The notes under the pieces are model-generated. The model saw only the letters and a program-made list of their open reading frames with translations. It was not told where the DNA came from and made no database searches. A program made the position numbers and the translations under genes. Positions 55,201 to 64,000 of a stretch of DNA of 64,000 nt are shown here, piece after piece (the stretch's first letter is position 1; each line of letters begins with the position of its first letter). Origin of the DNA: Ophelia neglecta (taxonomy: Eukaryota); assembly GCA_965285935.1 (NCBI GenBank), contig OZ260664.1, positions 63,612,001 through 63,676,000 of the forward strand, given 5' to 3'.

Positions 55201-58126
55201 TCGTATCAGTAACCCGTGGGACCATGAACAATTAGTTTGCTTTAAGTTGCGAGCTTCTCAGAAAAGATATAATTGCCCAACCGGCTAAATATTTCCACAT
55301 TCATTTTTCACTCAGATGCGTGCTATTTTTGTGCAGGCACATGATGAGAAGAACCCGAGTTGGTTGAAACCACGTCACATTTTGATCTATGGCGGGGCGC
55401 AAGGCTGCTTCCTAGTTCACCTTTAATTTTCGGCCGAGCTGGATACTGAACCCCTTCGCGTTAGAATCCGCCCAGTTCCAAGACCAATAAAGACAGTCGA
55501 GGCCGAGCAATTCATCTAAATTCTTGATCAAATTGGACTGATGTATCCGGCACAAGAAGGAGTTGCCATGGAATGTGGAGAGGTTGGAGAGGCCGACGTG
55601 CCCGGGGAGTCTGCTCCGCCCCGGCATGGTGGATGGAGAGGGCGGGGAGGGTCTGAGTGCCTAAAACCACGGGGGGGGGGGTCGACGAGAAAGGGACGAA
55701 CCCTATATCTTACCCAGCATGCTAGTGGAGGGGGGTCGTCCTGCACGAGGCCCCAGCCGGCACTGGCTGTCACGGAAATAGAGGCACTATACTTGTCATA
55801 ACTAGAAAGCAGACAAGTTGATGGTGGAATCGCCCGCTCGCTCATTCTCTTATCAAGTAGGCCCGATGATAAAGGAGTTTCCTCCTGACGCTACACGTCC
55901 CGACACAAATTCTAAAAAAAGCATGGTGCTTTGTTTTGGTTTTATTGATTTGTGATGAGAAAAACATTGGTTGTGCTGCCGACATTTCTAGCTCCCAGAC
56001 TTATTCTGTTGGGGTAACAGTGGGGAGTCCGGGGTGGAATTAAATCAATAAGGGCCTGTTATATGGAAGTATAAAGCGGACAAAAGCTTGGAGCTAATGA
56101 CAGCCGCCCAGATCATCTCGCCCCTATAAGCGTGCTGCTCGGTGTCGGGTCCGTGGTGTAGGCCAAGTGCGCCCAGTCTGAGGGCCTCCGGTAGGATGGG
56201 AAATAAAAACAACTTCACCTCCAGCAACTCGAGTATTAACGGCCCACATTGGCTTCATGTGTTAAAAAAGTACACAGGGCAATGTAAGGTAATTGAGGAA
56301 GGATTTCTCTTGTCAGGGTAAAATATTGATAAAATCAGTTTGCATTATCAAGTTGCATATAGGCCTAACACAAATAATAATTAGTCTTAATATGCGTCAA
56401 ACTTAATTAAAACAATTTTCATAAAGCAGCGCCAGGGGATAGACTTGGTCTATTCCACATTGTGCTATAGGCCCAGTACATCATTATATTCACAGACAGA
56501 GACTAACTAGCACGTTTTTCGGTGATGAATTGTCAGACATGGCGTTGGTTTTTTTGTAGAATCTGTGCTGTTGTTTTATGCAATTCAATCTATTCTATAG
56601 ACAGTGATCCATAAGGCAAAAGAACTCATCTATTTTCCAATTCATTAGTTGCAAGATATTTGGATTCCCGCGGATGGGTCTATTGCGGGACGCACCGTGG
56701 AGCACGAAACCAACGTGTGGACTGCTTTCTTTACAATTGCTTTGCCTCATTTGCTTCCTGGGTTTTGCAGATTACTCCTTTACCAATGCCCTGTTCGCCT
56801 GTATCTTCCGAGGATGAATGCGCGGCTTTGACCTTGAGGAGAGCATGGTGGTTTTATTAGATGTAGCGCCATCACACTGCCTGGTCGGCGGTCAGCGGTC
56901 GGCCGAGCATGAACGATACCCAGCCCGAGCTCTCCTTACCGCTCGCTCATTTCTCAATATTGGATATCACTGGGGAGGGATAAATATGAAAATAAACCCG
57001 ATAACCCCTGAGACATTCCCGGATAAATCGGAACTACAAACAGGGCGACGTGATTTTTTATTTCTGATCCCAGCAAAGATCCTCCTCGCTCAACACAAGA
57101 TAGGGAAGATTTCACATGAAGACGCCAAATCATCTGCACGCGCTGACGATGAGAATAAATCTCGATCAAAGTGATTATGTTGAATTACCTGACGGCTTTG
57201 AAGTGGGTGAAATCTCGATACTGGATAAACCAATCAAACTTCAGCCAGCTGCATGAGTCCACTCATCATTAAATGACGGTATTCTCAACAGGCTGGACCA
57301 TCATATTCTCCTCAATACCGGAACATCTTCTGGGGATTCATTTGTAGAGATTTGATTCGACTCGATAACTTTGTGAGTTGAGAAGGCAACTCCAAATGGG
57401 CAGACTATGTCAATAAAATATTAAACGCTGATTGATTAGAACTTTATTATCTGTCTGGTGAAATAGGATTCTAATGATGATATTGCAAAATTTTAGCCTT
57501 TCTTTAAATTCGCGATTTTCTTCAAAACTTATGTCACTTCGCATGTTTTTAATTTTGTGTCAAGAGATAATACGACCAGTGCCTATAGGATGCAGAGCAC
57601 TAAATAGCAATTTTTTATTGGAGTGCCGCCCCCTGGTAGTTGGTCCATATACCTCTCATGGCCAGCTGCTCATGGCACTAATAAAGTTGGCCAAGCTGGC
57701 ATGTGATTGGCCAAAAATAGCAGAAACAATATCCGAATTGCCTGGGTTTCGTGTTAATAGTAAAATATAGATAGTATGCTTATGAATGGTTAAGAATTTG
57801 TGACCTGGCATGGTATTGTTTTGGAATTGTGGGATTGTGAAAGCCACATGTGTATAGGCCTATTAAAGTGTTTCATATGTGCTGTACGGCTCCCACATGA
57901 AATAAAAACAGGTAAAATGGCCTTTTTACTTCACGAGCCTCAAGCAAACAGAATTTGTACGTTTACTAAGCAAAATTTTTGGTATTTTTTCCCTAATACA
58001 GAGGCCTCATTTCTTTTTCTGGCAGAAAATTCACGATATGCAGATTATTGTTGTGAATATGTGAAAAATGACATCGAATAGCCTTCATTTGACATGTGAG
58101 GATAGGAGGTTTATTTAGTTCCCTGC

Positions 58127-58460
58127 TAGGCCTATAGGCCTATTTAAAATAGGCCGATATGCGCGAATCTTATTTTCGCGACGCATCGGTATTTTTTGCG
58201 TTGCTATATATATTTACATCGGCTCCGAGTTTCCGACTTAGACCAAATCACTTTCCTCTATCGCACGTGGTGGTGTGCGGCGCGCTCTTTGCGTGGCGCA
58301 GCTGCTCTGACGCGCGCTGGGAGCGGGTAAGGGCCGATGGGGGGATCCATTGTCGCAGCGCCTGCGCTACGCAGCGTTGCAGCGCCGAATACGGGGGGCC
58401 GACTTTTGCCATTAGGGTAACCCAACACTATATACGGTACTGTATACGGCGGACTGTTGA
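58127..58460. promoter_or_regulatory. CpG-rich promoter/enhancer-like island
   Basis: Local spike in CpG/GCGC density against an AT-rich background, with no credible ORF; flanked by the palindrome TAGGCCTATAGGCCTA. Confidence 0.35.
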
Positions 58461-60684
58461 ATGACTTCCTCATAGGAGACCGTTCCTTAATACTTATATT
58501 ATGTGAGATGGGCTATTGGCTGTACTTTAAATATATCCAATTATAGCCACTTTGATCCCCTTTAATGATTGAGATGAGACATCTAGGGCTCTATAAATGA
58601 GCCCTCCCGTGCACATCAACAATGTATAAACATCATAGAATCTCTCATATAATTATGGCTATACTCGCCGAAACTTTTCAACTTACCCAAGGGAAAAGGT
58701 CCCCTGGTGATCAGTTTGATGTAGGGCTAGGACTTTATGTATCGGATCAACCGGAGACGCGTCATGGAAACAGAATCATGAGAGTCATACCATATTACAG
58801 AGCAAAATTTACCTCGAGATTATGCCAGATTGGGTCAAAAGCATATTTCGTATATCCACCTCCTGTCACCATAATAATATTGGATGTAAGCTACTTGACA
58901 GTCATGTTTTAAAATTCTAACAGAGTGAATGCGTAAACACCCATTTTATTTTTCTACGTTTGGTTTTTTCCGATATTACCCTGTTGACGTCCATGTTTAG
59001 GTGTGTCAAATTATTTGATGCTTTCACCTATCGATGTTAACCAGGCTGTTTTCGCTATTCGGCTATGACCTTATTTCTTCATATATAGTCATTGCCTAAT
59101 GAACGTCACATGATACATATAGTATCAATATACTATTTTAATAGAGCGTCGCTTCGCTCATGACCTTTGTTGGGTCACAATAACACCGCATGACACTTGG
59201 GTCAGTGACATTATGACATCGTTAAGGAAGAGTACCTAGTTCCAACGGCACAATGCAGACTTTATTTAGACTTTATTGCCGGTTGGCTTGCCCCCTCGTT
59301 GCCCAAATTAACGGACTCGTCAGTAAATCTAAAAATCTCTATTATAATAGAGAGGTTAAGAGTTTTATAACATTAGCGTCCGCAACCGTGGGGTAACGAC
59401 AACCAGGCACGAATCACGCATTTGATCCGGTGCCACCCACAGGCTTGGGGTTATCACACCTAACTTATATTATGCTGGCTTGATTGCCTGGCTAAAAGTT
59501 TTTCGGAAGTCTAAAAATCTGATGTTATCGCGCGCGACTCTTCTAAACGATATGGCGCTGGATTTCGACTTCCGTTCGGATATTGACCGATCTGAAAAAT
59601 ATTTCGACTCGCAGGTGACTGTGGATTTAACAAAAACGAACTGAATGAAATGGCTTTAGATGAATCACCTGTTACAAGACGTTTTAAATGATATAAAATG
59701 CCCCAATCGCGGCACGTGTTTTTCAATAAATAAGTTTACTTTTTTTAACCTATCTGTGCTAGACCACTTTGTAATTTTATGCATAGGCCTACATGTAACC
59801 TTAAGTTTAAATGTCTTTCTCCACAATTTCAAAGATGCCTCTTTTCGGCCCATGGTCCTTCATGCAACTCATCATAGACCTATAGGCCTACTGCTACATT
59901 ATATGCACATATCCGGTACTCTAGGGAAGAATGACCGCCGTAGAATTTGTTCGATGGGCTGAAAATCCTAGAAAAACTGCCGCAAGGACAGTTTAAGCCG
60001 AATAGAAAGTCCGGACGGACAATCAATGACAGTCATAGAAATCGGGTAAGGATTGTATATCCACGAAAAATAACACCGGTTACTCATAGGCCCACTCAAT
60101 CCAGTATATTCCCTATGGGGCCCGGGTTTGAGGCAATACTTCCAGTTTCTGACTGACTGGTGTGTGCCATTTATATCGGTCTGCTTCTGACTGAGGATTT
60201 CGTAGACAGTGAATAGTTTTTTCAAGTTCTCCTATAGGCTTACTATATCTTTTGTTCTGTTGTCTATGAAATTATAACTTATTATAATCTATATAATTAT
60301 TAAGCACTCTTGTATCATGACGTCACGAACAATTTGCAAGGCCGGTACAAACAGGGAATCGTGGCGAGGGTCACTGGTATACCGTTGAGGCAGGTTTCCA
60401 GGCGATTTAATATAGCATGATTGCATAGAAAGAAGGGATGACCAGGAGACTTTTTCAAATAATTGCATTCCCAAGCCGGTGACGTTATACATTAATACAT
60501 CAATACACTAATCCCACCGGAATATTTCCCTGCCGTATAAAATGCAAAATTCGGTTAAAAAAGCATCATCTGTTGTGTTCGATACAGACAGGGATTGATG
60601 ACTGTGTGTTTTGACATGACACGTGTATATTCGGATAGATAATACATTGCCGTGTCATAGCCCTAAACTGGGAAAATACTGGTA

Positions 60685-60848
60685 CAGTGAATTAAGACCA
60701 CCGAAGGGACTGGAAATACTGGTCTGATTTCGAAGGTGGTCTGTTTAGGTTATTTAACATTGCAGGCATACTGCAGGGTCCTCATATGAGTGGTCTGAAT
60801 TGGCAGGTGGTCTGATTATAGAGGTGGTCTTCAAGGCAGGTTTCACTA
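60685..60848 (-). mobile_element. Tc1/mariner (pogo/Tigger-like) MITE, copy A
   Basis: TA|CAGTG...CAGGTTTCACTa|TA with internal GTGGTCT repeats; reverse-complement homologue of 61708-61880, with a small deletion in one TIR. Confidence 0.85.
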
Positions 60849-61064
60849 TATTAGATCTATATGGTTGGGAATTTAAAGCCTAAATTAGTGTAATGTAATA
60901 AGGGTCTGGTCAATACTGATTAACAGGTGGTTATCGGCCAATCTTAGGTAGGGGGGGGGGGGCATTGATTTGTTCTGTGACTCATAAGGGGCGGGGGTCA
61001 TTGATTTTTTTCTGACTAATAGGGGGGGTTATCAATTGAAAATGAGCAAATCTATTGCCTGAGC

Positions 61065-62045
61065 TTTTTTAGCTCGGGTTGCAAAGCAAAACTAAGCTCA
61101 TCAAATTGTGTTGTCATCTATCTCCGCACCCACCCACCGACCCACCCACCCATCCATCCATCAATCATCCATCCACCTATCATCTATCAATTCTCTATTG
61201 CTTCTTTCAAGCCATACAACTTTACCTTATACATGCCTCCATTATTCATCTCCATCTCTCTTAAATCTATATAAGATAGACCATTGTCACCAATATTTTA
61301 CTGTAAACCAAAGCTTCAAAAAACTTCTCCTCGGATTCCAACAGGTTATTAAGGCTTATAATTTTCCCGACGCTTTATAGGCCCCTACCAAATTTCAAAC
61401 GGTGCAAGATATGCACGTTAAACGTACTGATGATGGCAAATTCATAATTACGCAAAGAATTCCGTGGTGAACTTAAACTTGGCCTTGGGTCTCATTTCAA
61501 GGTCAAACTGAAACAATAGATATTTTTATTAAAAGTGTAGATCCATAACGGTGCAAAAACACGAGCATCTAACGTTTTGATCAATAATGAGATGTCGTGT
61601 ATAATTAATACAAGGAGTCTGGCGGTATTTTATTTTCACCTTGGCCACGTTATAAAGGTCCAATTTTGATAGACAAACTTTCGATGTATTTACATGCTTT
61701 AACTGTACAGTGAAACCTGCCTTAATGGCCACCTCTATAATCAGACCGTACGTCAATTCAGACCACTGAGGACCGTGCTGTATAGTTTCAATGTTGAATA
61801 ACCTGTCTAAACAGACCACTTATGAAATCAGACCAGTATTTTCATGTCCCTTGGGTGGTCTTAATTCACAGGTTTCACTGTACATCATATCAAAGTCTGT
61901 CATATGTATTGACCACTAATCGGAAGTGTCTAATTGTAATCTTCATTTGACCTTTGCCTCTTTAAAGGCCAAGTAAGTGAAATTTTATTCCCAAGGATCC
62001 AGTGGTGATTTTGAATGCAATCTTGATCTGATTTTCAAGGCCAAG
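61065..62045 (+). mobile_element. Helentron-associated non-autonomous element (HINE/DINE-1-like), degenerate
   Basis: Starts TTTTTTAGCTC with a short subterminal hairpin, then a (CCAC/CCAT)n microsatellite at about 61126-61190, aacttctcctc, and ccttg...tttcaaggtca / ttgacctt motifs typical of this class. The 3' boundary is uncertain. Confidence 0.55.
61708..61880 (+). mobile_element. Tc1/mariner (pogo/Tigger-like) MITE, copy B, intact
   Basis: Perfect TIRs CAGTGAAACCTG/CAGGTTTCACTG flanked by a TA TSD at 61706-61707 and 61881-61882. Confidence 0.92.
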
Positions 62046-62252
62046 TTGGTACAACTGAACCCCCCCCCCCCCATTTGGCCCACAATTATCGGTAGGGAGT
62101 CATCATTTTATTTTTCGATCATTAGGCGGGGGGGGGGGGGAGAGAGAGGTTCATCTATTCTATTTTTCTATTTGCCGATCATCTGGAGGAATTCAAACCA
62201 CTTCTCCCCTAAAGTCGATAGTACCTCAGTTAGGGAATAAAAGTGCATTTAC

Positions 62253-62378
62253 AATGAATTTGCCAAGATGTGGTTTGATTTTCCCTGCCAGTATTTTGAG
62301 AACGGTCGTTTTTCCAGTACCATTGGCCCCTACAAGACCTAGCACGGAGGCAGCGCGCGGCATTGGGCCATTGGCAAT
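62253..62378 (-). pseudogene. ABCE1: ABCE1 pseudogene exon with Walker A ([38 protein letters not shown])
   Basis: Matches ABCE1/RLI1 NBD1 ([37 protein letters not shown]). Acceptor ctcaccag, donor gtaaat. An 8-nt insertion (gcccaatg) breaks the frame. Confidence 0.9.
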
Positions 62379-62420
62379 CTGGTGAGACACAATCTGGTGA
62401 GACACAATCTGGTGAGACAC
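62376..62420. repeat. Perfect 15-bp tandem repeat x3 (AATCTGGTGAGACAC) that triplicates the splice acceptor
   Basis: Units at 62376-62390, 62391-62405 and 62406-62420. Confidence 0.95.
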
Positions 62421-62575
62421 AAATGTAAACAGACTTACTTAAGACTTGGACGACAGTCTGATAAATTACTCAAACAAAGCATATCATATAAAAATCTCGA
62501 TAAGTTAATAATATAGATTAATAATTCTGTCACGGGCCAACTAATTAATAAGGTGTTCAAATTATTTGGGCGTAC

Positions 62576-62678
62576 CTATGAAGTTTGAATGAGTTGGCGC
62601 TGTATCTGTGTGTAACTTAGTGTCTTTGTCCTAATTAGTAGGAAGATTGATGATACGGACAGCTTCAAACGGACATTA
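62576..62678 (-). pseudogene. ABCE1: ABCE1 pseudogene exon (*CPFEAVRIINLPTN*DKDT/THRYSANSFKLHR)
   Basis: Matches ABCE1 KCPFxAxxIxNLPxNLEKxTTHRYxxNxFKLHR. The acceptor is mutated (cat for cag), there are TAA and TAG stops and a 5-nt insertion at 62613-62619, and the donor AG|gtacgc is intact. Confidence 0.9.
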
Positions 62679-63088
62679 ATGTGGCGGGAATTATAATTAA
62701 GAAAAATTACTATTAGCCGTTTACATTCAAATCAAGGGGTTGGGCTGGGGTCTCAGCTACATATTTTTTTCGATTTCGACGAAAAACTTCAGGGAAACTT
62801 GGCGTTAATGTTTAATACGTCAATGCCTGAATGAGTAAGTCTAATGAGGGGGAGTGTTGATTAGAAAACCAGCTTTATTGCCGTAGTGAGTAAGCTATGA
62901 GTGGAAAAAATGAGGGTTTCAACCCCCCCCCCCAACCCTTCGTAAGGCCAAACAAAAAAACACGCCCTTATATAAAGGGGTCTTTTGAAACCTCATTGTA
63001 CAAACACCTGGACATATACAGATATACTCGGCGATCGTTACACTACTTTAAGGCCTTCAGTACTTTAGGAGTTTGGCGTCTACTGCAC

Positions 63089-63174
63089 CTTTAAACAGAT
63101 GCCACATCCGTTACACAGCTCCACGGAAAAAGAAGCGTTCTTGTCCGTCGACGAGACCTCGACGCACAGCTTCC
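63089..63174 (-). pseudogene. ABCE1: ABCE1 pseudogene exon, Fe-S domain (GKLCVEVSSTDKNASFSVELCNGCGICLK)
   Basis: Matches ABCE1 GKLCIEV...SExLCIGCGICxK with the CxxCxxC 4Fe-4S motif. Acceptor tgttttcattccag, donor AAG|gtgcag; 86 nt, open. Confidence 0.9.
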
Positions 63175-63516
63175 CTGGAATGAAAACAACAGTACGTTAT
63201 TGAAAGTCCACATCAACTTTAAAAATGTATACATCTGTCACTTCAAAACGATTATTTTATCCGTGGTAGGTCTGACACAATAGGCCTACCATCAATAAAC
63301 AAAGGCCAACAGATATACGAATCAAAAAAGGTATATAAGGAGAGACAGGAACTCAAGTGAAAAAGTAATATATTATTTTTAAATCCATAGCACAATGAAT
63401 ATTTTGTGGTTTAAGCTAATGATTCATTATTTTCTACAAAATGAATGTGCTGCTTGAAAAGAATAGACTACATTGAATATAATGATTAAAAAAAGTCATA
63501 CGTTTGGGGTGATTCA

Positions 63517-63607
63517 CATCAGAGTTTTATTGGAGACTGTTAGCTTTTCACCCAGTCTCCTAAATACCATTAAAATTATTCACACACGGACCAAATCATC
63601 AATATTG
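63517..63607 (-). ncRNA. Candidate box C/D snoRNA, U18/snR18-like guide
   Basis: Minus strand reads CAATAT-TGATGA (box C), TTGGTCCGTGT (antisense to the conserved LSU rRNA ACACGGACCAA), GTGA (D'-like), hairpin GGAGACTG/CAGTCTCC, then CTGA (box D) and TG; 84 nt from C to D. An alternative explanation exists (see findings). Confidence 0.35.
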
Positions 63608-64000
63608 GTCGAACTCTTTCACAAAAGAGGCGCTTTTTATCGTCCCACTTCCGCATTTATGTGAGATTTTTATGATGCCACAAAGTCAATATTACAAAAC
63701 TTGTCGATGACGTCATGATGGCTACTGAAAATCACATTACAAGTACTGACTTGGTCCGTGCATGATTTCTTTATTATTTCTAATGTCAAAATTTTAAGCA
63801 CGATAAGCATTCAAATTGATTATTGTCCCAATGAATCCAACATTGGGAGGCCCAATGCTCACCATTGTGCACAGCTTTCCTTATTGATGAGCAGATCAAA
63901 ACTAACTAAGCTATGGAAAGAAGACTTTAGACATTCATTGAGTGAGAAAAAAAGACATTTTAATTGTATGGCGCCATCTTCGAATATCGTGAAGGGGTAC

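Noticed and set aside
55834-56951. 13-bp repeat CCGCTCGCTCATT (55834 and 56939), reminiscent of the CGCT box of clustered Pcdh promoters
   Set aside because: About one such nearby 13-mer match is expected by chance in 64 kb, and there is no clustered architecture here.
62060-62225. Possible next ABCE1 exon (IPPDDRQI resembling DPPDWQEI)
   Set aside because: No acceptor and no continued similarity; the tract looks like a G/C-run MITE remnant.
63861-63985. Possible ABCE1 first coding exon or promoter (caatg|gtgagc donor; AAGATGGCG motif)
   Set aside because: No convincing match to TRIAIV..CKPKKCRQECKKSCP could be read; too degenerate to call.
1-64000. CRISPR arrays, operons, prokaryotic defence systems, tRNA/rRNA genes
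   Set aside because: The sequence is intron-containing animal DNA. I saw no repeat-spacer array, cloverleaf or rRNA, and the remaining short ORFs have no recognisable homology.

Overview
Eukaryotic (animal) genomic DNA, not prokaryotic: it has spliceosomal introns, about 40% GC by eye, and low gene density. The protocadherin type suggests a spiralian/lophotrochozoan invertebrate (inference). There is one intact protein-coding gene, a minus-strand non-clustered delta1-type protocadherin with 7 cadherin repeats. I reconstruct it from four coding exons (23658-20956, 17190-17026, 16435-16297, 16014-15521; 1166 aa with all splice phases consistent). About 36 kb upstream and 11 kb downstream have no recognisable CDS. 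The left end holds a degenerate APE-type LINE next to a Harbinger-like non-autonomous element, and a GT92/DUF23 glycosyltransferase pseudogene missing its central domain. The right end holds an intron-containing ABCE1 (RLI1) pseudogene fragment of three exons, most of it missed by the ORF track, with a candidate U18-like box C/D snoRNA just upstream on the same strand. Several MITEs and a Helentron-type (HINE) element are also present. I found no convincing novel multi-gene system. The best leads are the snoRNA candidate beside the dead ABCE1, the protocadherin isoform/5' architecture, and strong enrichment of the palindrome TAGGCCTA.
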